DNA of 62,614 nt, counting the filler, from an uncultured Myxococcia bacterium (GTDB lineage Bacteria > CAZTWC01), in the NCBI GenBank assembly GCA_964617105.1. It is 21 parts of 21 records of this genome, joined end to end, with 100 filler letters (N's around TTAATTAATTAA, not from the genome) between each part and the next. Parts side by side here need not be neighbours in the genome. Positions count along the whole stretch, not along the records: positions 39,355 to 42,207 come from CAZTWC010000397.1; positions 42,308 to 45,160 come from CAZTWC010000398.1; positions 45,261 to 48,106 come from CAZTWC010000399.1; positions 48,207 to 51,046 come from CAZTWC010000400.1; 17 more parts are not named here. One strand, written 5' to 3'. The notes under the pieces were generated by a model. The model saw only the letters and a program-made list of their open reading frames with translations, was not told the origin of the DNA and made no database searches. Below, piece by piece: positions 40,901 to 51,146 of the stretch. The position numbers and the translations under genes are program-made. Each line of letters starts with the position of its first letter. The first letter of the stretch is position 1.

Positions 40901-40926
40901 CCGTTTTCTCCTTGGTTAACCATCAT

Positions 40927-42054
40927 TTAGGGAATAAGTTCATTAAAAATCTCTAAATTGTAATTTACACTTCCTTTTATCCGTTTGCTGACTTCCAGAT
41001 TTTTAATGTATATTTTTTCCATCTCCATCTCCATGTCGGCGTAAAATCCGTGCGCGCCTTCACTGCGCAAAGATTTGATTAGCCAACTATCCCACTTGCC
41101 AGCCGACTTTTGCAGAGCCATTTTCAAATCGTTGTGAGTGCTGTCCTGATAAATTATATAGGCCCGATCACGGGTATCAAACAATAACTTAGCATCACTC
41201 CCTACCAATGAAACCGGATAGCGACCGGTAATTATTCCGGAATCTACCACTTTCCTGGAGGCCGCAAATTTTTCCTGCAACAGATCATTAAAAGTTGGGG
41301 CAGAGATTACCACCAACTCTTCCCGCTCCAAATCATAATAAGATATAGCCGGTTCTCCTCTGGTGTTAAAGGCAAGAGATGAGAAAAAACCAACATTGGT
41401 GGTGTTTTTATAAATGGTTTTATCATCTGAATCTTTTTTTATCTTACCTTCATCATCCAGTTCAGCCACTGAGCCATCCACTATCATAGTTATAAATGAA
41501 CCCTCGGAAAAATAGGCAACTTTCAAATCACCACTGACACCATCGTAATAACTTAAGTAGGGGATGTCGTTTTTCATCACCAGAGAGGGAAACATACCTA
41601 AACCCCTGGGGTAGGCGGTATAGATATCTCTAACCAACTTATTCTTACATACCGGCATATTTGCTTCCAATACACAGGTATGGGGATACTTGCACCTGCT
41701 TTTACCATCGGTTCCGATACACTGACCCTTGGCGCTAGTCAGGCATATTCCCCGGCCGGTACTGTCTTCTGCACAAATTTCAGAAGGCAGGCAAGTATTG
41801 TCGCAGGCTGGCAGGCTCGAAAGTGGTTTAGTCTTCTCTTCTACAGTTCTGATTAGCCATTGTCCACCCGGACCCATGTTGGCCAGTCTAAGCCCGCTGA
41901 CAGTTTTACCCATAGTGTCCCGGTCACGATCTACATAATAAGCGATAAAAGGATTGCCAAAGGAATCGAGTTTGATTTTGGTATAGATTCCCAGATTCCC
42001 TTTCATCCGGTCACGAGGCAAATCCACCTTCTGCACGGTATTTGGCACCAACAC
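40927..42054 (-). CDS. Hypothetical beta-propeller-like protein with a Cys-rich insert (5' end uncertain)
   Basis: Repeated G.F.SL....G.P.ISYYD....DL units. Confidence 0.7.
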   Translation of the reverse strand: MLVPNTVQKVDLPRDRMKGNLGIYTKIKLDSFGNPFIAYYVDRDRDTMGKTVSGLRLANMGPGGQWLIRTVEEKTKPLSSLPACDNTCLPSEICAEDSTGRGICLTSAKGQCIGTDGKSRCKYPHTCVLEANMPVCKNKLVRDIYTAYPRGLGMFPSLVMKNDIPYLSYYDGVSGDLKVAYFSEGSFITMIVDGSVAELDDEGKIKKDSDDKTIYKNTTNVGFFSSLAFNTRGEPAISYYDLEREELVVISAPTFNDLLQEKFAASRKVVDSGIITGRYPVSLVGSDAKLLFDTRDRAYIIYQDSTHNDLKMALQKSAGKWDSWLIKSLRSEGAHGFYADMEMEMEKIYIKNLEVSKRIKGSVNYNLEIFNELIP

Positions 42055-42307
42055 TTCCGCCTAGACCGATCTTGCCTTCACCAATCGGTGTGCCCACGGA
42101 TCCCAATACTCCCCCGTAAATGTTGCCTTGGCCCTGAATGTACATCCCCCCATACCCGCTATGCTTATATGGAGGCAAAACGACAAGATTTTCCAGAGCA
42201 ATCAGGANNNNNNNNNNNNNNNNNNNNNNNNNNNNNNNNNNNNNNNNNNNNTTAATTAATTAANNNNNNNNNNNNNNNNNNNNNNNNNNNNNNNNNNNNN
42301 NNNNNNN

Positions 42308-45160
42308 CTTGGTAATTATCTGGAATACAAGCACAATACCGATCCAACCAACAGCGACAGTGATGGTGATGGTCTCAATGATAGCCAGGAGTTACTGGTG
42401 TACCGAATTTATCGTCTGGACCCTCTGGACCCAGACACCGATGATGACGGCTTGAGTGATAAAGAGGAGATCCTGTTGGGAACCCATCCTAATAATCAGG
42501 ATACTGACGGCGATATGCTCAGCGATTTTCAAGAGATAAAGGTCAATAAAACCGATCCAATTCAAAAAGATAGCGATCAGGGTGGAATCGAAGATGGTGA
42601 GGAGGTAAGGAGTTGGAATACCGACCCCAATAATCCCCTGGATGATTTAAAAGACAGCGATGGTGATGGGCTTTTGGACTATTTTGAGTCTAATTTTAGC
42701 CAAACTAACCCTTTTATGGCTGACAGTGACCAGGATTTTTTTAAAGACAGCGAAGAGTTGACCATTACCCTGGATAGTGTCAAAGGGGAGATTACTCTGC
42801 TCAATACCTATAATAAATTTAGTCAGACTATAGGCTATTCTCTGGATCAAACCTCCAGAAAAATTATTCTCAAAGAACAATTTGATTTCAATTTATGCAA
42901 AACAGATAAAGCCGGGCTCACCAACTGTTTTGACAGCGATAATGACCAAAAGGTTGACTGGCTGGATCAAGACAGTGATGATGACCAGATTGTAGACGGC
43001 AAAGAGACCAAACCCTTTGTAGATACCGATAAGGATGGTTTTAATAATGTAATTGATGCTGATTCTGACAACGATGGGCTGGCTGACGGCCTGGAGGTGG
43101 AGTCGAAAACCGATCCCCTGGAGATTGACAGTGATTTTGACGGTTTGCCGGACGGAGATGAGGTGAGCGGCCTTTTTAAGAGTGCCGGAGGAGGCCTGGT
43201 CTATACGTCTCCTCAGCCTACCAATCCCCTGAAACCTGATTCCGATGGCTGCGGTATTCTAGATTTTGTGGAGGTCTCCGATGAAACCGATCCCAATTGC
43301 TCATCTCCTTTTAATCATGCTCAATGTGATTTGAATATCACCCATGAATGTGATGACGGTGAACCACGGCCTTGTCTCACGGGCGATTGCCAGGGTAAAT
43401 ATGAGTATGATCCCCGGGACGAGGATAAAGATCACCTCTCGAATAGTTATGAAAAATATGTAATTTTCACCGATTTCGACAACCAGGATACTGATGGCGA
43501 TGGTTTGCCAGACGCCGAAGAGGTGTTTCCTCTGCAGGATCGGAGAATCACCAAGGGAATTGACGCTGATCACGATGATGACGGCCTTTTGGACGGTCGG
43601 GAACGCTTTTTTGGCACGGACCCCACCAATTGGGATTCGGATAACGATGGTATCCCCGATGGTTTGGAGGTAGGTCCGGACCTGCAAAATATCAGCAATA
43701 ATCCCAGCGGCCAGGAATATATCGACCGGATGAATGTATATAAACAATATTTGACCAAACAATTGGCTGGCAACCAGGAGTTGTTGCAGAAAAAATTGGC
43801 CCAGATAGATACAATTTTGTCAGATCTTCAAAATCCTACCGATAAATCAAAGGGGAATTTTCAAGAAGATAAAGACCCAGGCGCTTGCCTCCTTAACCAG
43901 GAGCGGTTTTTTTATAAAACTAATCCCCGGGTGCAAGATACCGATGGCGATGGGCTGCCTGATGGCGGTAGGGATTTGGATGGCGACGGCATTGCCGATT
44001 TTGGTGAAGATTTGAATATAAACGGTAAACTTGATCCGGATGAAACCTCACCATGCCTGCTGGATACCGATGGAGATGGGTTATCCGATTACTTTGAGTG
44101 GCGCTACTCTTTGCGGGGAGCCTCAAAAGAGATAAAGGAACATGCCCAACAAAAAGGGTACCAGTTTTTTAATCCCAATCACACTATTTCAGATAGTGGC
44201 CAGAGTGACTACGACGGTGACGGACTTCGCAATATTTTTGAGCAGCAGTTGGGTACCAATCCTTTGGAAAAAGACACAGATGGAGATGGGCTCAGCGATT
44301 TCCAGGAGGTGGAGATCAGTCAGGATGGTGAGGGCGGTCAGCAGGTGGAGACAATTTCTGATCCTTTAAAAGAGGATAGCGATGAGGATTTGGTTATTGA
44401 TGGCAAGGAGAGGAAGCCTTTTGAAGACAGCGATGGAGATGGGCTGGTAAATGTCATGGACAGTGACAGTGATGACGATGGCTTAAGCGATGGCCAAGAG
44501 GATAAAGACCGAAATGGCGATTGGGACAAGAAGGCGGGGGAAACCAACTTCCTGGACTCTGATTCGGATGATGATGGGCTTAGTGATTTTGCCGAAGTAT
44601 ATGGCCAACACCAACTTCCCGAAGGGGGGTATACGTTTTTTAAACCCACCGATCCCAATAAAAAAGATACTGATGACGATGGACTGTCGGATAAGCAGGA
44701 AGTGGAGTCTTGCAGCAAACCCCACAATAAAGATAGTGACGGCGATACATTAGAGGATGGCCAGGAGGTGGCGGGGATAGAGGTGGTGATTGCCGGGCAG
44801 ACCAGGGTATTTGTCACCGATCCATGCCGCCGGGACAGTGATGGTGACGGATTGGAGGACCAGGTGGAGTTGGGACGGTCCGGACCGGGAGCCAATCCCA
44901 CCGATCCCACTGACAGTGATACAGATGACGACCAACTGCTGGATGGCTCTGAAGACAGTAATAGAAACGGCCGGCTGGATGCAGGAGAGACCGATCCCAA
45001 TAATCCCGACTCTGATAACGATATGATCAAGGACGGTTGTGAGCGGGTGTTGGAAAAAAGGCTTCAAAAGAAGCAAAGGGAAAAGGGGTTGGCTGTTGAT
45101 ACCATCTCTCCCACTAAAGCGGATACAGACGGTGATGGAATTATTGATGGGTACGAGGTG
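42308..45160 (+). CDS. Large Ca-binding DxDxDG-repeat surface protein, internal fragment
   Basis: Many TDP...DTDGDGL.D..E repeats; frame open across the whole contig. Confidence 0.9.
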
Positions 45161-45340
45161 NNNNNNNNNNNNNNNNNNNNNNNNNNNNNNNNNNNNNNNN
45201 NNNNTTAATTAATTAANNNNNNNNNNNNNNNNNNNNNNNNNNNNNNNNNNNNNNNNNNNNGATTTTCAACCAGTAAAATGCTAACAAACAGGCAACAAAT
45301 TATGGCAATTTTTTGGATGGCATTCATATAAATTTTCCTT

Positions 45341-47224
45341 TCATAGGGCCTGTAGTCCTCCGGCGGCAGCCAGGATCCCTAATAAAAACAAGATTTTTTT
45401 CAGATAGGGGCGATCTTTTCTCAGGTCCGCTTCCACCTTCTCAACTTTATTGGGCTCTAATGTTTTTTTAGTCCTATAGATATCAAAAGGATTTTTCAAT
45501 TCCACCTGGTAATCTCCTCGGGCTAATTGATCCACCTGGCAAGGGGTGTTGCCCACATAATAGCCGTTGATATAGACCTGGGACTCATAACCGGGGGATC
45601 TCAGTATAAATGTGCCTGGTATCTGTTCTATGGACAGATTTATGGTAATCGGTTTGTCGTCTTTGATATGTATCGATGCTTTCTGGGAATAATAACCCTT
45701 TTTCTCCAGCGACAACTGGTATTCTCCCACCGGGTAGCGATAATTGAAAATCGGAGTTTGTCCTAACTCCACCATAGTGCCTTTATCACTATGAGTTAAA
45801 GTCGCTTTAGCCCCGGCCGGGGTGCTGGTGATATTTAAAAGACCGATCATAGGTTTCAGGGAGACCTCATCCTGAATAATTTCCCCCGATTTCACCTTGA
45901 TCACTTTGGAGAGGGAATAAAAACCCTCCCGGTGAAATTCAAACAAATGGTTTCCCGGTAATATTTTATTGCCCTTTAAAGGTGTGACCCCCAAAGTTTC
46001 TCCCTTGTAAACCACTGATACTTTTTGAGGATTAGTGGAAACAAAATAGAGTTGTCCGTATATACTCTGCAAATCGTAGTGCAACTGCTTCTTTTCCGAT
46101 GGCGCAATGGTTACTGATGATGCATCTGACAGAAACTCCTTTTTCTCAACTTCTATAAGATATTTACCGGCTTCAATAGTATCCAGGTTAAGGGGGGTCT
46201 CCCCGATTTTTTTCCCTCCCAATTTGACCATCGCCCCTGATGGCTTGCTGGTGATAGTCAATTGCCCAGGCATTTTTATCATCCGGGCGTTAACACCGGC
46301 AGAAATTGAACTTTGAACCTGGATCTCCTGCTTCCAGGGGGAGTAGTTGTCCAGTTTTAGAGTAACTGTGTGCTTACCTACAGAAACCCCCTCAATCTGT
46401 AGAGGAGTTACCCCTTTTAGTTCATTATCCAAATATATTTTGGCCGCCGGCGGATTGGAGGTTATCAGCACCGAGCCAGGAAGAGGAATAAGTTGGGCTT
46501 TCAACTTACTTGTCACATCGGGCTTTACCCTTACCCTGGTAATAAAAGGTTCATATCCACCCTTGAGGATGGCTATTTTGTAATCCCCGGCCAGAATATT
46601 CTTCAACAGCATGGGAATGTTGGCGGAGGTGGTACCCATATATCTTTCCTGCATATAGACCTGGGCGGTGGAAGGATTGCTCTCCAAAACCAACCCTCCC
46701 AGATTGGGGCGCAAATACCGGTGCTCCATTTCTGCCGCCAAATTAAAAAGGGCGGGACGCATTTTGGTTGGGCTGTCAAAACTGGTGTTCAGGGTAAATA
46801 TCACTTTTTTACTGCCCAAATCGTAAACCTGCAGGTCTAAATCGGTTTGTTTATTTAGCCGGAATATAGTGCCGGATAATTTCAGATGGGGCGGCGGCGT
46901 GGTTGCCCCGTCCGCAGCCACCTGCAAATTTACACTACGGTGAAGAGCGGAGGTAAATAATACTTTCACCACCAGGCTCAACTTTTCGCCTTCATTTTCC
47001 GGGGTTTGCACATCAATGAAATCACTAACCGCTACCACCGGTTTTTTAGGGATATCCCAGCCAACGATTCTCTGATTATCTCCACGGCCTGGAAGGCAGT
47101 GGAGCAAAATGGCCAGAAAAATCACCATGGTCCCGGGTGGTATAATTTTAGTGATTGAATACTTCCTCCGATAAAACAAATTGCAGCTGGGGGTCAGGGA
47201 AAGATTGCTATCTTGGCTGGGCAT
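45341..47224 (-). CDS. Multi-PEGA domain protein
   Basis: About six ITSxPxGAxVxL...G.TP repeats and a C-terminal TM. Confidence 0.9.
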   Translation of the reverse strand: MPSQDSNLSLTPSCNLFYRRKYSITKIIPPGTMVIFLAILLHCLPGRGDNQRIVGWDIPKKPVVAVSDFIDVQTPENEGEKLSLVVKVLFTSALHRSVNLQVAADGATTPPPHLKLSGTIFRLNKQTDLDLQVYDLGSKKVIFTLNTSFDSPTKMRPALFNLAAEMEHRYLRPNLGGLVLESNPSTAQVYMQERYMGTTSANIPMLLKNILAGDYKIAILKGGYEPFITRVRVKPDVTSKLKAQLIPLPGSVLITSNPPAAKIYLDNELKGVTPLQIEGVSVGKHTVTLKLDNYSPWKQEIQVQSSISAGVNARMIKMPGQLTITSKPSGAMVKLGGKKIGETPLNLDTIEAGKYLIEVEKKEFLSDASSVTIAPSEKKQLHYDLQSIYGQLYFVSTNPQKVSVVYKGETLGVTPLKGNKILPGNHLFEFHREGFYSLSKVIKVKSGEIIQDEVSLKPMIGLLNITSTPAGAKATLTHSDKGTMVELGQTPIFNYRYPVGEYQLSLEKKGYYSQKASIHIKDDKPITINLSIEQIPGTFILRSPGYESQVYINGYYVGNTPCQVDQLARGDYQVELKNPFDIYRTKKTLEPNKVEKVEADLRKDRPYLKKILFLLGILAAAGGLQAL

Positions 47225-47245
47225 AACTATTTACTCCGGAAGATG

Positions 47246-48106
47246 CTATTTTAAAACAGTCGCCTCTCTCTTGACGCAGAGAACATAGGCTGAATTTTTT
47301 TTGTGAAGAGGATTTACCAGGCCGTAAACAAAATCCACCTGCCATAAGGTGGCCTGGTCAACAATATATTTATTGGCAGAAAAGTGCATGGAATGGGTGG
47401 CGGTCCAGAAATTACCCTTCAGGTTTGGGAAGCAGGCGGCCAATTTGGCCTTTGAAACCTGGTTGGCAAAGAGCAACAGAGATTCCAGTTCATCCACTTG
47501 AGGCAACCGCCAGTCAGAGCCAAAAGAATGGCAGAGTTTTGCCGCTTGCTGCTGGGGGAGATAATAAGGTTTAGTGACGGTGCTCACTTTTTGGTCTGTT
47601 TTCCCCGCCTCCTTTTTGGGGACCAGTGATTTTTTCATCCAAACCAGACCGCTGTTTTTATCGGTTACCACCTGGGAGCCGGGGGGGCAAGATAAATGGG
47701 GGATACAAAATTTTTCCCATCCACCTTTTGAACTCCGGCCTACTTTTGATTGCCGGGTACACACTTTCAGGTTGCCTTTGAAGTTAGTTTTGACCCCTGT
47801 TTTAGACAGGGAAACGTTTTTGTCCGCCCTTTTGGAAGAAAGATTTTCCTGGACAATCTTAATGCCATCTCGAATTTGGGTTGGCGGCAGTCCCAAAAGT
47901 TCCTGGGTAGCCTCCAAAGCCAGTTGAAATAGTTGGTCTGGCTTACATTTTTTTTGTTTGAAAACACTGTTTATCGGACTGGTGGTTTTTAGATCAACCA
48001 GTTTCAAGGTGAGGGAATAGGTTTCGCCCAACAGGGACAGGCTACCGGTAATCATTTTTTTAGCCCCGGCTGCTCCACCCATATCAATATAACAGGAGAT
48101 TTCATC
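47246..48106 (-). CDS. DUF1566 (Lcl C-terminal-like) domain protein, 5' partial
   Basis: VTDKNSGLVW, DWRLPQVDELESLL, FWTAT and WQVDF..G...AYVLCVK. Confidence 0.85.
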   Translation of the reverse strand, partial: DEISCYIDMGGAAGAKKMITGSLSLLGETYSLTLKLVDLKTTSPINSVFKQKKCKPDQLFQLALEATQELLGLPPTQIRDGIKIVQENLSSKRADKNVSLSKTGVKTNFKGNLKVCTRQSKVGRSSKGGWEKFCIPHLSCPPGSQVVTDKNSGLVWMKKSLVPKKEAGKTDQKVSTVTKPYYLPQQQAAKLCHSFGSDWRLPQVDELESLLLFANQVSKAKLAACFPNLKGNFWTATHSMHFSANKYIVDQATLWQVDFVYGLVNPLHKKNSAYVLCVKREATVLK

Positions 48107-48206
48107 NNNNNNNNNNNNNNNNNNNNNNNNNNNNNNNNNNNNNNNNNNNNTTAATTAATTAANNNNNNNNNNNNNNNNNNNNNNNNNNNNNNNNNNNNNN
48201 NNNNNN

Positions 48207-49240
48207 ATATCAATAAAAGCGCCTCTTCCCACCCCAAAGAGCCAGAAATCTTTGATTATATCTATGGTCCATAACCATACTTTTCCTTTAACCAAATGCC
48301 ATTGGCCCGCGGTTCTGGAGAAATCTTGAATCAACTGATCATACACTACCCAGATCGATATGATCACAAACAGAGAGACCGCCATGGCGATAATCCGGTT
48401 GACCATTGAAAAGCACTCGTCCTGCCAGGGTTTTATCCACAAAACAAACAGCCATATACCGAGCAAAATGGCAATGACTCCGCTTCTGGAAAGGCTGAGA
48501 AATACAGAGAGGATTAAAAAAAACACTACAAATAGCAACAATTTGCTATGATTTTGGTTTTCAATTACCATTCGAAAGCCGAGGGTTAAAAAGATTAGTA
48601 AACCCAAATAGCCGGCCAGATGGTTTTCATTTACAAACGAGGAAAAGATAAAACCGTGGTTTAAACTCTTGACGCCAAATATCTCTTCGACCCCAAACAG
48701 ATAACGAAAAATACCGCTTAGCGCAATCACACAGGCGGTAATGATCATCACCAGGATAATTCGTTTTTTCAGTAGAACCTTTTTGGCCAGATTAGTGACT
48801 ACTAAAAATATAACCAGGTAAGCGAGACCCTTAAATAGTTCTAAGACTGTGCCCGGTGGAGATAGTGAAAGGGGCCGGTAATTATCAACCCTGTACAGTC
48901 CCAGAGGTTTTAATGTGTGATCAAGTAGTTCAGCTGCCTTGGGATTTAAAAATTCTATCATCCCGGCTGGCAACGGCACTAATTGCCAGAGAAGATAGAG
49001 ATTATAGAGAAAAAAAATAATACTTACTGCCGGCAGTTCGATTTTTCGGCCTACAAATACACATTCACCAATGAATAAAATAAAGGTTATAAAACAAAGA
49101 GATATTAGCAGTAATTGGATGAGCAAATGAACCGTGCCAAACAGCATTGGCGCGGCAACTATAGTCACGTATAGACTGATTTGGGAAAACCATTGTCTAT
49201 AGCATTGTTTCCTGATAGTATTTGCTGAAAAAGATGTCAT
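48207..49240 (-). CDS. O-antigen ligase family protein, 3' partial
   Basis: Multiple TM helices, FVNENHLAGYL, SLSRSG and FGVGRGAF. Confidence 0.85.
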
Positions 49241-49315
49241 TTTTTGCGGATAATCTTTCAGTTATACTGACAATTAATCTTTGATTAAATTATGATATAA
49301 TACCAGATATACATC

Positions 49316-50218
49316 ATGAACCGGTTAAAACCAACCAATAATCACAGAATTTCTAAAACCAATTTGGCCAAAAACATTATCTTTCTTCACACTCTGCACA
49401 AGATAATTGAACCCTTGCTATCTGAAAATATTGAGGTCATCGCCCTTAAAGGGATGGCTCTTTTAGGTAGAGAGTATAGCGATTTAAGTCATAGACGCAT
49501 GGGTGATATCGATCTTTTGGTCAGAAAAGAGGAACTGAGTAAAATTGATAAAATATTTTCCAGACTTGGGGCCAAAAATCTCAATGCCAATAAGCGGAAT
49601 CAAGATTTTATTATTAACCGCCAATATCTTTTTCCCTTTGGAAAAAAGGAGATTATTGTTGAACTGCACTATGCTCTCTTTCCGGAAATTAGGTATAAAC
49701 TGGATTATACTCAGATCTTTTCTGATGCCCAGCCGCATCCTTTAACCGAATTTGCTCAAAAGGGCCTTAAAAGACTTTCGCCAGAATATCTTTTAAATCA
49801 TTTAGCTTTGCATAGGTTAAGACATTACTATACCTCAAACAGCAAAGATTTAACCGATGCTATAAATATTATCAAATACAATCAAATTGACGGGCATAAG
49901 TTATCACGAATCGCCTGTGAGTGGAAAATCATTTCGGTTTTATTTTTTTTCTTGCATCAAGTAAATGAGTATTATCAGGTCAGCAATATTAAAATAGGTG
50001 ATGAAAAATTTAGTCAAATCAAAGATTGGATTGAATTATTAAAACCCTCCCCGGTGCGCCGGGCGATTATTTTTTCCCTATTAGACCCCAGGGCAGAAAA
50101 TTCGTTAAAGTTTTCCTGCCCTTTTCGTCTTAAGCAATTATTACTCAGTTGTTTATTCAGCCCCGATTTTTCAACCGCAATTAAATACCCGGTTCTTTTT
50201 ATCAAATCACGCCTCTGA
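49316..50218 (+). CDS. Nucleotidyltransferase family protein (NTP_transf_5-like)
   Basis: ALKGMAL...RRMGDIDLLV and VELH. Confidence 0.85.
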   Translation: MNRLKPTNNHRISKTNLAKNIIFLHTLHKIIEPLLSENIEVIALKGMALLGREYSDLSHRRMGDIDLLVRKEELSKIDKIFSRLGAKNLNANKRNQDFIINRQYLFPFGKKEIIVELHYALFPEIRYKLDYTQIFSDAQPHPLTEFAQKGLKRLSPEYLLNHLALHRLRHYYTSNSKDLTDAINIIKYNQIDGHKLSRIACEWKIISVLFFFLHQVNEYYQVSNIKIGDEKFSQIKDWIELLKPSPVRRAIIFSLLDPRAENSLKFSCPFRLKQLLLSCLFSPDFSTAIKYPVLFIKSRL

Positions 50219-50243
50219 TATTCCCCTGGGACGGTGCTCATGG

Positions 50244-50837
50244 TTATTGAAACATCTCCCGTTCAATAAATTCGCAGATCATATGGCCGGTTAAGATGTG
50301 AGCCTCTTGAATTCTTGGAGTGATACCCGAAGGGATGCAAATGCAGATATCGGCTGCCTGGTAGAGTTGACTCTCCTTATTTTTTCCAGTCATACCAATG
50401 GTTTTTATCTGTTTATTTTTAGCCGCATCGACTGCGTTTATAATATTTGCAGAGTTTCCGCTGGTGGAGATAGCCATTAGAACATCATTCGGAAGTCCTT
50501 TGGCTTCGATTTGCCGTGAGAAAACCGCATCAAATGAATAATCATTGGCTACTGCGGTAAGAGTGGAGGTATTAACAGTCAGGGCTTCGGCATTTAATGC
50601 TTCTCTTTCCAGGTAAAATTTGGAAACCATTTCAGTGACAATATGCTGTGAATCAGCCGCACTTCCTCCATTACCGCAAACCATTAGTTTGCCGCCAGAC
50701 TGAAAAGAGGATAAAATTCCCCGGGCAGCGGCAGATACAGAAGCAAGATAATCGGGATCACTTTTAAGTAACCCGATTATTTTTTTAAGCTCAGTAATTC
50801 TATCTTTCCAGAAATGTTCTAGTTCCGTATCATCCAT
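50244..50837 (-). CDS. gmhA: Phosphoheptose isomerase
   Basis: CGNGGSAADSQH, ANDYSF, ISTSGNS and TPRIQEAH; ATG 50837 after GGGAG. Confidence 0.93.
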   Translation of the reverse strand: MDDTELEHFWKDRITELKKIIGLLKSDPDYLASVSAAARGILSSFQSGGKLMVCGNGGSAADSQHIVTEMVSKFYLEREALNAEALTVNTSTLTAVANDYSFDAVFSRQIEAKGLPNDVLMAISTSGNSANIINAVDAAKNKQIKTIGMTGKNKESQLYQAADICICIPSGITPRIQEAHILTGHMICEFIEREMFQ

Positions 50838-50883
50838 AATAACTCCCTTTTGTCCAAAGGCAGAGCCCAAATTATTTTCCCTT

Positions 50884-51046
50884 CTACCTTCCCATCCCCA
50901 CATATTCAAATCCCATCTCGCTGAGATAATCTGGTGGGTATTGATTGCGACCGTCAAAAATAATTGGTTGATTCATTATTTTAAACATTCTGTCAAAATC
51001 AGGGTGCCTGAACAGTTTCCATTCGGTGACCAAAATAAGCGCGTCT
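50884..51046 (-). CDS. ugd: UDP-glucose 6-dehydrogenase family, C-terminal fragment (absent from the ORF track)
   Basis: Manual translation DALILVTEWKLFRHPDF...IIFDGRNQY...GFEYVGMGR*. Confidence 0.88.
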
Positions 51047-51146
51047 NNNNNNNNNNNNNNNNNNNNNNNNNNNNNNNNNNNNNNNNNNNNTTAATTAATT
51101 AANNNNNNNNNNNNNNNNNNNNNNNNNNNNNNNNNNNNNNNNNNNN

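Noticed and set aside
42308-45160. Dense GATGG/GACAG periodicity as a DNA-level repeat system
   Set aside because: It is explained by protein-level DxDxDG calcium-binding repeats with varied codons.
50838-50957. N-terminal extension of gmhA
   Set aside because: It overlaps the 3' end of the ugd fragment in another frame, so the real start is 50837.
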